A DNA stretch of 64,000 bases, from NCBI GenBank assembly GCA_022736275.1, contig DZBJ01000013.1:220-64219 (forward strand), read 5' to 3'. Both the position numbers and the translations under genes were made by a program. Under the pieces are notes generated by a model that worked only from the letters and a program-made list of their open reading frames with translations, searched no databases and was not told the DNA's origin. Positions 36,185 through 44,438 of the stretch are shown piece after piece. The first letter of the stretch is position 1. Every line of letters starts with the position of its first letter. The DNA is from Rikenella microfusus (lineage in GTDB: Bacteria > Bacteroidota > Bacteroidia > Bacteroidales > VadinHA17).

Positions 36185-38155
36185 ATGTCAGAAACAGAAA
36201 GGCTGTTAGACAGGATAGAAACCCCTGCCGACATGAGGAAACTTGACAGGCTGGAGCTTGTCAGGTTTAGCAATGAGCTCAGGCAGAATATCATAGACGA
36301 GGTCAGCAACAATCCCGGTCACTTCGGTGCAAGCCTCGGGGTTGTTGAGCTGACCGTCGCCCTGCATTATGTATATAACACACCTTATGACAAGATAGTG
36401 TGGGATGTGGGGCATCAGGCTTACGGGCACAAGATAATCACGGGCCGGAAGGCACAGTTCCACACAAACCGCAAATACAAGGGTATCAGCGGATTTCCAC
36501 GTATTGCTGAGAGTGAGTATGACGCTTTCGGGGTGGGCCATTCATCAACCTCCATCTCTGCGGCGCTGGGAATTGCCGTGGCATCACAGGTAAAGAAGGA
36601 GAAGCGCAAGGTGGTGGCAGTCATAGGCGATGGCGCCCTGCAGGCAGGCCTGGCATTCGAGGGACTGAACAACGCCGGGAACCAGAAGGCCGACCTCCTG
36701 GTGATTCTCAACGACAATAACATCTCAATTGACGCCAGCGTGGGAGCCATGAAGGAGTACCTGCTCGATATCACCACCAGCAGGACCTACAACAGGTTCA
36801 AGGACAGGGTGTGGAGACTGCTGGGCAGAAGCAAGAGAGTAGGGTCTAAAGCACAGCTGATTGCCTCGCAGATTGAAGGAACCATCAAGGGAACGGTACT
36901 GGTGAACAGTAATATGTTCGAGGCATTGAAATTCAGGTACTTCGGTCCTATCGACGGGCATGACGTCATGCACCTTACAAGGGTGCTTGAAGACCTCAAA
37001 ACCATACCCGGACCCAAGCTCCTTCATTGCATTACGGTCAAGGGAAAGGGATTTCCAAAGGCAGAGCAGGACCAGACTATTTTCCATGCACCGGGACGGT
37101 TTGACAAATGCACCGGTGAACTGATCAAACCTTCTGAATATTCAAAGCACCCTCTTTACCAGGAGGTCTTTGGCCATACAATACTGGAACTGGCACGGCA
37201 GAATGATAAGATCGTTGGCATAACGCCTGCCATGCCCTCCGGGTGCTCCCTGAACATCATGATGAAGGAGATGCCTGAAAGAGCATTTGACGTGGGCATC
37301 TGCGAGCAGCATGCCGTGACATTCTCGGCAGGTATGGCAGCCAACGGACTGCTTCCTTTCTGCAACATTTATTCATCTTTTATGCAGCGGGCCTATGACC
37401 AGGTGGTTCATGACGTGGCGCTGCAGGGACTGAAGGTCATCTTCTGCCTCGACCGGGGAGGACTGGTAGGCACTGACGGCGCCACCCACCACGGATTCTT
37501 CGATCTTGCCTTCATGCGCAACATTCCGGGTATGATAACAGCTGCACCAATGGATGAGGTGGAGTTACGGAACATGATGTACACCGCACAGCTTGACAAG
37601 ATAAATGGTCCCTTCAGCATACGCTATCCGCGGGGCGCAGGAGTAATATGCGACTGGCGGCAGCCGTTTGAGGAGATACCCGTGGGTAAGGCACGGGTTA
37701 TCAGCGATGGGAAGGATATAGCATTGCTCAGTATCGGCCACGCCGGCAACTTTGTCGTTGATGCCGTGGCCTCACTCCGTGAACAGGGTATTTCTGTAAT
37801 GCATTATGACATGCGTTTTGCCAACCCGCTTGATGAGGAGGTTCTGCATGAGGTGATGAAAAAGTTCCGGAAGATCATCACCGTGGAAGACGGTATTATC
37901 AAGGGAGGGTTTGGCAGCGCCGTGGTTGAGTTTGCTGCCGATCACGGATACAAGGCTGATATAAAGCGTATGGGTATACCCGATTACTTTGTTGAGCACG
38001 GTAGCCAGAAGGAGCTGTGGCATGAGTGCGGGTATGACGCCGACGGCATCCGCATGGCCGTCCTGGATGCAGTCGGGAACCCCCGGCCGGCAGTCCATAA
38101 ACAGTCGGCAATCAGCAGCCGGCAGTCGGCAGTCGGCAGCAAGACTGGTGACTGA
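36185..38155 (+). CDS. dxs: 1-deoxy-D-xylulose-5-phosphate synthase (with repeat-encoded C-terminal tail)
   Basis: GHFGASLGVVELTVALHYV...GDGALQAGLAFEGLNNAG...transketolase-like domains. The last roughly 24 aa are encoded by heptamer and 14-mer repeats. Confidence 0.95.
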   Translation: MSETERLLDRIETPADMRKLDRLELVRFSNELRQNIIDEVSNNPGHFGASLGVVELTVALHYVYNTPYDKIVWDVGHQAYGHKIITGRKAQFHTNRKYKGISGFPRIAESEYDAFGVGHSSTSISAALGIAVASQVKKEKRKVVAVIGDGALQAGLAFEGLNNAGNQKADLLVILNDNNISIDASVGAMKEYLLDITTSRTYNRFKDRVWRLLGRSKRVGSKAQLIASQIEGTIKGTVLVNSNMFEALKFRYFGPIDGHDVMHLTRVLEDLKTIPGPKLLHCITVKGKGFPKAEQDQTIFHAPGRFDKCTGELIKPSEYSKHPLYQEVFGHTILELARQNDKIVGITPAMPSGCSLNIMMKEMPERAFDVGICEQHAVTFSAGMAANGLLPFCNIYSSFMQRAYDQVVHDVALQGLKVIFCLDRGGLVGTDGATHHGFFDLAFMRNIPGMITAAPMDEVELRNMMYTAQLDKINGPFSIRYPRGAGVICDWRQPFEEIPVGKARVISDGKDIALLSIGHAGNFVVDAVASLREQGISVMHYDMRFANPLDEEVLHEVMKKFRKIITVEDGIIKGGFGSAVVEFAADHGYKADIKRMGIPDYFVEHGSQKELWHECGYDADGIRMAVLDAVGNPRPAVHKQSAISSRQSAVGSKTGD

Positions 38156-38300
38156 GGACTGGTGACTGAGGACTTTCATGTTCCTGTTGACCGTAGAGCC
38201 TGTCCCGAATAGCCATCAGGCGTATCGGGACGATTCAGTATTGTAGACCATGGGACAATACACAGACATTTCGCCGTAGGCGATCAAGTATTGTAGTTGA
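38114..38300 (+). repeat. Dispersed structured intergenic element, copy A
   Basis: agcagccggcagtcggcagtcggcag ... ccgtagagcctgtcccgaatagccatcaggcgtatcgggacgattcagtattgtagaccatggg ... caagtattgtagt aligns with 39184-39323. Confidence 0.8.
38143..38173 (+). repeat. Tandem 14-mer gactggtgactgag x2.2 spanning the dxs stop codon
   Basis: Read directly from the sequence. The stop TGA at 38153-38155 lies inside the first unit. Confidence 0.9.
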
Positions 38301-38385
38301 ACATTAAAATTAATCCTTTTACTCGTAGAACATATAGTATTGTATAACAAGCTATTATAAACATGTTAATGCAAACCAACCAACC

Positions 38386-39156
38386 ATGAAAAACCTCCTT
38401 GTAATAGCCCTTGCAGCCCTCGTTCTGGCCTCCTGCGGCAACCCCGCCACCCCTAAGGAAGAGTGGATCTCCCTCTTCAACGGTGAGAACCTCGACGGAT
38501 GGGTGATCAAAATCAAGGGTTTACCCCTTGGTGAAAACTATAAAAGCACCTTCAGGGTCGAAGACAGCATTATGAAGGTTTCATACACTGAATATGATAC
38601 TTTCAGGTATGAATTCGGACACATCTACTACAAGGAACCCTTCTCCTCGTACAAACTGCGGGTTGAATACCGCTTTACAGGCGAACAGGCTCCCGGCGGA
38701 CCCTCGTGGGGTTACCGCAACAGCGGCATTATGTTCCACTGCCAGGATCCGGCAACAATAGGTCTTGACCAGGACTGGCCCGCATCCGTGGAGGTGCAGT
38801 TCCTCGGCAGCACAGCTGAGAGGGAGACCACAACGATGAATGTCTGCACCCCTCATACGCATATTGTGATGGGAGATTCACTCATAACCCGGCACTGCAA
38901 CTCCTCTTCGTCGAAGTACTTCTATGATGATGCATGGGTTATGGCGGAGCTCGTTGTCTATGGCGACAGTCTGATTCATCACATCGTGAACGGCGACACC
39001 GTATTGACATACTCAAAGCCTCAGATTGGCGGAGATCTTCCGGAGGGCTTCACCCTGCCTCAGGGCACACCGCTGAGGAAGGGTTACATAGCCTTGCAGT
39101 CGGAATCGCATCCGGTGGAGTTCCGGAAGGTGGAGATTCTCAAGATCAGGCTGTAG
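38386..39156 (+). CDS. DUF1080 (3-keto-disaccharide hydrolase-like) lipoprotein
   Basis: LASCGN lipobox. EWISLFNGENLDGWVIK...IALQSESHPVEFRKVEILKI is typical of DUF1080. Confidence 0.8.
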   Translation: MKNLLVIALAALVLASCGNPATPKEEWISLFNGENLDGWVIKIKGLPLGENYKSTFRVEDSIMKVSYTEYDTFRYEFGHIYYKEPFSSYKLRVEYRFTGEQAPGGPSWGYRNSGIMFHCQDPATIGLDQDWPASVEVQFLGSTAERETTTMNVCTPHTHIVMGDSLITRHCNSSSSKYFYDDAWVMAELVVYGDSLIHHIVNGDTVLTYSKPQIGGDLPEGFTLPQGTPLRKGYIALQSESHPVEFRKVEILKIRL

Positions 39157-39183
39157 ACAATAGGCAATAGGCAGTGGTCCAGT

Positions 39184-39323
39184 CAGCAGCCCGCAGTCGG
39201 CAGTCGGCAGTAGAGACGCCGTAGAGCCAGTCCCGAAAGCCGGAAGGCGTATCGGACGATCAGGTATTGTAGATAATGGGCAGTACCCTCCCATATTAGG
39301 CTATAGGCCTTTAAGTATTGTAG
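39184..39323 (+). repeat. Dispersed structured intergenic element, copy B
   Basis: cagcagcccgcagtcggcagtcggcag ... ccgtagagccagtcccgaaagccggaaggcgtatcggacgatcaggtattgtagataatggg ... taagtattgtagt. Direct orientation relative to copy A. Confidence 0.8.
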
Positions 39324-39400
39324 TCTGTTCATGTAATAGACCATAACAGGCATTTCAAAAAATTATCCTATTTTCGCATCCTGCCAAACCTCATGTTTTC

Positions 39401-39434
39401 AGACTGAGGACTGCAGACTGAGGACTGCAGACTA
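39401..39434 (+). repeat. Tandem 16-mer agactgaggactgcag x2.1
   Basis: Read directly from the sequence. Shares the gactgaggact word with the 14-mer repeat at 38143-38173. Confidence 0.9.
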
Positions 39435-39453
39435 CTTATTGCCCGGATGGCAG

Positions 39454-39556
39454 GGCCGAGCGTAAAGAAATGATCCGGTGGATCATTTTAGCGAAGGCGC
39501 CAGATTGCGGGGTGGCCGAGCGTCAAAAAACACCCGGTGGGTGTTTTTAGCGAGCA
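39454..39556 (+). repeat. Two tandem 59-nt modules GGCCGAGCGT-hairpin-TAGCGA, each a terminator-like stem-loop
   Basis: Hairpin 1 is aaatgatcc-ggt-ggatcattt (39468-39488). Hairpin 2 is aaaaacaccc-ggt-gggtgttttt (39526-39548). The flanks and loop are the same while the stem sequences differ but stay complementary. Confidence 0.8.
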
Positions 39557-39658
39557 GCCGGACCGCAGGGGAAGCAATTCCGCCATCCGGATGAGGTGAG
39601 TTAACTGAGTATTGATTATAACAGAGTATACTAAAGAAAAACAAGTGAGAATGATATT

Positions 39659-39742
39659 GCCCGGATGGCGGAATTGGTAGACGCGCTGGTCTCAAACACC
39701 AGTGGCAGCGATGTCGTGTGGGTTCGATTCCCACTCCGGGTA
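39659..39742 (+). tRNA. tRNA-Leu (anticodon CAA), type II with long variable arm
   Basis: Folded by hand: acceptor GCCCGGA/TCCGGGT with discriminator A, 3-bp D stem GCG/CGC, anticodon stem CTGGT/ACCAG, loop CTCAAAC, variable arm TGGCAGCGATGTCGT and T arm GTGGG-TTCGATT-CCCAC. The ends match E. coli tRNA-Leu as I recall it. CCA is not encoded. Confidence 0.93.
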
Positions 39743-39838
39743 CATAGTTAAGCCGGCCCTGACGATCACTCACAGAGTAATGTCAGGATGCTGACCGCAG
39801 GCGTCAGCATTCGATACCGGCTCCGGGTACTCCAGAAA

Positions 39839-39875
39839 CCCCTTAACTGACACATGTTGAGGGGCATTTTCTTTT
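39839..39875 (+). terminator. Probable terminator downstream of tRNA-Leu
   Basis: cccctt/gagggg stem (one G-U pair) followed by cattttctttt. Confidence 0.45.
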
Positions 39876-39911
39876 ATGGGATACAAATAGGATAGAAAAG
39901 ACACCTGATCA

Positions 39912-40181
39912 TTATGAAGTTCCGGCAGAAGTCTCGCCGGCCCCGGATTTGCCAAATGACTTAAATAAGTTTTCAAGAATAGCTGAAATTTTCATCGTGA
40001 AATCCCGGATGAGATCAAGGGGGATATCTCTTTTCAGATTTTCCGGGTCCTTTAGCTCTGCAGCATTGAACTGAAGCCTGGTTTCAATAAGCCTCCTTTT
40101 GAGCAGAAGCCTTTTTCTCTCGATTGCGAAATCAGAAAATGAAGATATAGACCTTATTTTATAAACATTTCTCTCTCTCAT
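39912..40181 (-). CDS. Small hypothetical protein (third gene of the YtxH/holin-like trio)
   Basis: 89-aa ORF 6 nt downstream of the DUF1469-like gene. Charged and helical, with no motif recognised. Confidence 0.5.
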   Translation of the reverse strand: MRERNVYKIRSISSFSDFAIERKRLLLKRRLIETRLQFNAAELKDPENLKRDIPLDLIRDFTMKISAILENLFKSFGKSGAGETSAGTS

Positions 40182-40187
40182 CAGTGG

Positions 40188-40523
40188 CTATTTTGGGAAA
40201 AAATGACTGATAACGGATCTTATGACAGGCTTTTCAAGTGAATATCTGGCAGTGAGAACAAATATCAGCAACAATAACAGATCGAACCCGGCAACGATCA
40301 GAAATCCGGCAGCAGTTGAATTCAAAATATCCCCCAGCCAGAAGGCAGCTGCAATGGAAAGAAACAGGAGTACGACGGAAGCCAATAAGATAACTATTAA
40401 AACCTTGATAAGAGAACTCAAAAACCTTGATATTGCTTCTGCAATACTCAGTTTGACAATCTCAAGGTTTAAGTCTAAATACTCCTTAACATCCTTTCTT
40501 ATACTGTTTAATTCATCAATCAT
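40188..40523 (-). CDS. Phage-holin-family / DUF1469-like small membrane protein
   Basis: 111 aa. Amphipathic N-terminus followed by two long TM helices (VLIVILLASVVLLFLSIAAAFWL, AAGFLIVAGFDLLLLLIFVL). Genes of this kind usually neighbour YtxH genes in Bacteroidota. Confidence 0.6.
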   Translation of the reverse strand: MIDELNSIRKDVKEYLDLNLEIVKLSIAEAISRFLSSLIKVLIVILLASVVLLFLSIAAAFWLGDILNSTAAGFLIVAGFDLLLLLIFVLTARYSLEKPVIRSVISHFFPK

Positions 40524-40611
40524 TTCAGCGATTTGAGTCAGGTGGATTTTATTACGAGGTTGTTAAGCTCAAAATGTCGGCAGGAAGGATTTTCTTGTTA
40601 GGTTGCCAATC

Positions 40612-40887
40612 TCATTCGGACGTTCCGGATGATTTCCCTGTGAGGTTATCAATCTCATTCTGAAGGTCTGACATCCGTTTTTCAAGCTCCTCTATAATTT
40701 TTTTCGATTTCTGGCCGGCTCCGGATTTCAGATTCCCGATCTCCTTTTCAATATCTTCAAATTTCATCTTCAGCTTTTCACGTGATTCCTTTCCGCTTCC
40801 CGGTGCATAAAAATATGCAATGACACCTCCTATCAATGCCCCCGTGATCAGTCCTGCAAAAAAAGATCCGAATGATTTCATGCTCAT
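40612..40887 (-). CDS. YtxH domain-containing protein
   Basis: FFAGLITGALIGGVIAYFYAPGSGKESREKLK followed by a coiled coil, the classic YtxH pattern. Confidence 0.8.
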   Translation of the reverse strand: MSMKSFGSFFAGLITGALIGGVIAYFYAPGSGKESREKLKMKFEDIEKEIGNLKSGAGQKSKKIIEELEKRMSDLQNEIDNLTGKSSGTSE

Positions 40888-41043
40888 AATTAATTAGTTA
40901 AAATAGCTCATGTAAATATATGAATTTTTGATTTACTCCCCAGCCAGGTCAATATGCCATGATTCAAAAAGTCTCTCCTGACAGATGAGCAATGAAATCC
41001 TTAGATTTTCTTTTGAGCATTTATAGGTTACTTCATTATAAGA

Positions 41044-41071
41044 GGCATCCCCGTATGGGATGCTTTTTTTT
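41044..41071 (+). terminator. Orphan intrinsic terminator (no upstream + strand gene)
   Basis: gcatccc-cgtat-gggatgc stem-loop followed by a T9 run. Lies 34 nt upstream of the 41105 start. Confidence 0.65.
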
Positions 41072-41104
41072 GTTGTTAAATTAGTCGGTAAAATAACACC
41101 ATTT

Positions 41105-42292
41105 ATGACACACCCTGTCCGTATCTCCTCAATCGACATCATGCGAGGCCTCACCCTCCTCTTGATGCTCTTTGTAAACGATCTCAACATGAAGGTGGCT
41201 CCCGCATGGCTGGGCCATATGAAGTCCGACTTTGACGGTATGGGACTTGCCGACTGGGTCTTCCCCGGCTTCCTTTTTATTGTGGGAATGGCAATACCCT
41301 TCGCCATGTCAGGAAGGATAAACAGGGGAGAACCGGTGTTGAAAATATTCCTGCACATTATAGTCCGGACGATCAGCCTGCTCATCATCGGTGTGCTGAT
41401 GCTCAACTCGGGAAGAGTCAACCCTGAAACCACCGGTATGGGCAAGGACCTGTGGGCACTGCTTATGTATGTCTCGGTTTTCTTCTTCTGGAACGACTAC
41501 CCGGCCGACCGGAGGAAACTGCTTTTCACAATTCTGAGAGCAGCAGGTGTGGCTGCACTGATCTTCCTGGTCATTATCTTCAGGTCAGGTCCCGCGGATG
41601 ATCCCGGCTGGCTGATTACCGGATGGTGGGGAATCCTCGGGCTTATCGGGTGGGGCTACCTGGTGGCATCACTGATATACCTTGCAACCCGCGATTCAAT
41701 TGCAGCAACCACTATAGCGGTGTTATTCTTCCTGGCGGTGAATATCCTTGACGCCTCGGGAGTTCTCGGTTTCCTTGATCCGGTCAGGCCTGCCCTGGGT
41801 ATAATTATCCAGGGAAATGTTCCGCTGATTGTGCTGACGGGAATGCTGGCGGGTGTCCTGATCAGAAAAATGCAGGACTCAGGCTATGAACGCATTCTTT
41901 TGTTATTTGTCGCTTTGGGAATTTTATCCCTTGCCTCCGGCTTCATCCTGAGAAGCTGGTTCATAATCTCCAAGATAATGGCTACTCCCAGTTGGGGCAT
42001 GATCTGCAGCGGGATAAGCTTCCTGGTTTTTGCACTGATTTACTGGCTTGCCGATGTGAAAGGTTACAGAAAGTGGGCGGCATTTGTCAGTCCCGCAGGC
42101 AAGCACTCGCTTACCACCTATCTCGCTCCGGATATCCTCTACCACGCAATCTGGATGTCGGCCGTCCCGGTGCTTATCTACAAGCAGTCGTCAGAACCCC
42201 TGGTTGTCATCATTGGCTCCATTGCATGGGCGCTTCTCATGGCCGGACTGACAGCCCTTCTGGCGAAAATAAATATTAAACTGAAACTCTGA
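41105..42292 (+). CDS. DUF5009 / heparan-alpha-glucosaminide N-acetyltransferase-like membrane acyltransferase
   Basis: MTHPVRISSIDIMRGLTLLLMLFVND N-terminus and about 10-11 TM helices. The ORF-track start at 41060 lies inside the terminator hairpin. Confidence 0.75.
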   Translation: MTHPVRISSIDIMRGLTLLLMLFVNDLNMKVAPAWLGHMKSDFDGMGLADWVFPGFLFIVGMAIPFAMSGRINRGEPVLKIFLHIIVRTISLLIIGVLMLNSGRVNPETTGMGKDLWALLMYVSVFFFWNDYPADRRKLLFTILRAAGVAALIFLVIIFRSGPADDPGWLITGWWGILGLIGWGYLVASLIYLATRDSIAATTIAVLFFLAVNILDASGVLGFLDPVRPALGIIIQGNVPLIVLTGMLAGVLIRKMQDSGYERILLLFVALGILSLASGFILRSWFIISKIMATPSWGMICSGISFLVFALIYWLADVKGYRKWAAFVSPAGKHSLTTYLAPDILYHAIWMSAVPVLIYKQSSEPLVVIIGSIAWALLMAGLTALLAKINIKLKL

Positions 42293-42347
42293 TCAGATCG
42301 CAGGACAGGCTGCCGAACCCTGATGCGCAAAAACAGGTAAAGCAGAT

Positions 42348-43103
42348 TCAGGTTTTCCCAATTCTACTGTAGTACTCGCCAATCAGCTCCTCCCTGCTCA
42401 CCTGCTTTCCGTGACCTGGAAGGAAGATTTCACACCCGGTATCAATGATCTTCCGCCAGCTTTTCAGAAGGAGTTCAACATCATCAGCAAAGGGCGGGAA
42501 GGGCTTGCCAGGAGTGGTGCCTATGATTGAATCGCCGGCAATCGCGATGACGCCGTCAATGACCAGTGTCACTCCTCCCGGCGAATGACCTGGTGTGTGA
42601 ATTACATAGCCGTTGATGCCAAACCGGTTCAGATCAAATGTCTCACCAAAAATATGGTCAGCCCGGCAGGGCTCATACCTGAAGGCAGGTGCGATCTTTC
42701 TGCCAATCTCAACGATGCCTTTTGTGATAGCGTATGTTCCTTCCGGAATAGGAGTGTCGCCTAAAGCAAGAGCCTCACTCTCAGCCTCCTGCACGACTAC
42801 TTCTGCACCGTATTCACGGGCAAGCCAGGCAGCATTGCCGGCATGATCAAAATGAGTATGCGTCAGTACAACTGCCTCCGGAACAATACCCTTTCTGCAA
42901 AGTGCATGCTCAATCCTGCCCCGGTCAAATGAAATACCCGTATCAACCACGATTGACCTGTTGTTGCGGGTCACCACAAAAACATTACATCTTGCCGGCG
43001 TCAGTCGTGTGACTGAAGTGCCCTTTCCTGTATCAGGAATATCAATCATACCACTAAGATATAACAGTTGCAGGCTTTCGTTGACAATATTACGCATAAA
43101 CAT
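42348..43103 (-). CDS. MBL-fold metallo-hydrolase
   Basis: VVLTHTHFDHAGN (HxHxDH) and downstream TPGHSPGG motifs. Confidence 0.85.
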   Translation of the reverse strand: MFMRNIVNESLQLLYLSGMIDIPDTGKGTSVTRLTPARCNVFVVTRNNRSIVVDTGISFDRGRIEHALCRKGIVPEAVVLTHTHFDHAGNAAWLAREYGAEVVVQEAESEALALGDTPIPEGTYAITKGIVEIGRKIAPAFRYEPCRADHIFGETFDLNRFGINGYVIHTPGHSPGGVTLVIDGVIAIAGDSIIGTTPGKPFPPFADDVELLLKSWRKIIDTGCEIFLPGHGKQVSREELIGEYYSRIGKT

Positions 43104-43138
43104 TCATAACTTTGATCCACATAACAGATAATTGCAAG

Positions 43139-43927
43139 ATGAAATCCATTCCTATCTACCAGGTTGATGCTTTTGCCAACGGACCATTCACGGGTAACCC
43201 GGCCGCTGTGTGCGTTCTCACTGACCCTGTCGCCGAAGAGACGATGCAGAATATCGCCATGGAAAACAACCTTGCCGAGACAGCTTTCATCACCCGCGGG
43301 AAAGATGAATGGATGATAAGGTGGTTCACGCCGGTCACAGAGGTTGACCTCTGCGGCCACGCCACCCTGGCATCGGCATTCATTGTGCTTAATATACTTG
43401 AGCCGCAAAGCGAAGAGGTTATCTTCCGTTCACGTGTGATGGGAACCCTTACTGTCAGGAAGAAAGATGATCTGCTTGAACTCGATTTCCCGACTGACGA
43501 GCTTCGCGAATGCGCTGTTCCTGAACTGGTTAAGGCAAGCATCGGAAAAGCACCTCTCGAGAGTTATATAGGGCGAAGTGACTACCTTCTTCTCTACGGC
43601 AGCGAATCAGATATTCTTGCACTAAAACCCGATTTCAGGAAGCTTGCTGCAGCTGAAGGAAGGGGAATAATAGTTACTGCCCCGGGATCGGCCACTGATT
43701 TTGTCTCGAGGTTCTTCGCTTCCCAGGCTGGTATAGACGAAGATCCGGTAACAGGCTCGGCACACACATCCCTGACCCCCTTCTGGTCAGCCCGTCTCGG
43801 GAAGAAGAGACTCACTGCCCGGCAGCTCTCAGCCAGGGGAGGATCGCTCGAGTGCGCCAACAAGGGTAACCGTACCCTGATTGCCGGCAGGGCCATCCTC
43901 TATCTTAAAGGGGAGATATACGTTTAA
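43139..43927 (+). CDS. PhzF family isomerase
   Basis: MKSIPIYQVDAFANGPFTGNPAAV...TAFI...FTPVTEVDLCGHATLA. Confidence 0.88.
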   Translation: MKSIPIYQVDAFANGPFTGNPAAVCVLTDPVAEETMQNIAMENNLAETAFITRGKDEWMIRWFTPVTEVDLCGHATLASAFIVLNILEPQSEEVIFRSRVMGTLTVRKKDDLLELDFPTDELRECAVPELVKASIGKAPLESYIGRSDYLLLYGSESDILALKPDFRKLAAAEGRGIIVTAPGSATDFVSRFFASQAGIDEDPVTGSAHTSLTPFWSARLGKKRLTARQLSARGGSLECANKGNRTLIAGRAILYLKGEIYV

Positions 43928-43970
43928 CTTAGCGTAAAAACGATTAAGTTTGCGGTCGAATTTAAAGTTG

Positions 43971-44438
43971 ATGACAAAAAAAGATGCCATTCATCCCTAC
44001 GGGGAGAAGCAGGACCAGTTCGACAGGCGCTACCTGCGCATGGCTGCGGTATGGTCAGAAAACTCCTATTGTCAGAGGAGAAAGGTTGGCGCCCTGATAG
44101 TAAAAGACAAGATGATCATCTCTGACGGTTACAACGGAACTCCGGCCGGATTCGAAAATGTTTGCGAGGATGAGAATAATGTGACCAAACCGTACGTTCT
44201 ACATGCTGAGGCTAATGCCATCACCAAGGTAGCCAGGTCAAACAACTCAAGCGACAACGCCACCCTGTATATCACTGACTCTCCATGCATAGAGTGCGCA
44301 AAGCTGATAATACAGTCGGGCATCAGGCGTGTCGTCTACAGTAACCAGTACCGCAACCTCGACGGCATTGAGCTTCTTAACAGGGCAGGCATAGAGCTTG
44401 TCTTTATTGAACCCGCAGAAAAGAAAAATGAAATATAA
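43971..44438 (+). CDS. Deoxycytidylate (dCMP) deaminase
   Basis: YLRMAAVWSENSYCQRRKVGALIV...HAEANAI...SPCIECAKLIIQSGI. The first ATG is at 43971; the ORF-track start at 43950 is a TTG. Confidence 0.88.
   Translation: MTKKDAIHPYGEKQDQFDRRYLRMAAVWSENSYCQRRKVGALIVKDKMIISDGYNGTPAGFENVCEDENNVTKPYVLHAEANAITKVARSNNSSDNATLYITDSPCIECAKLIIQSGIRRVVYSNQYRNLDGIELLNRAGIELVFIEPAEKKNEI

Noticed and set aside
39454-39556. Possible CRISPR-like array (tandem repeats with hairpins)
   Set aside because: There are only two units with a 59-nt period. There is no repeat-spacer alternation and no cas genes in the window. The units look like terminator or tRNA-derived modules.
39483-39773. 96-aa minus-strand ORF
   Set aside because: It runs antisense across tRNA-Leu and the tandem hairpin modules. 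Its reading frame is a by-product of those structured repeats and it has no protein-like features.
39912-40887. Prophage remnant, suggested by a holin-family-like protein next to a tRNA
   Set aside because: There is no integrase, lysin, capsid or other phage gene. The only tRNA 3'-end duplicate is 10 nt long and lies 87 nt away. I believe the YtxH/holin-like trio is a common chromosomal arrangement.
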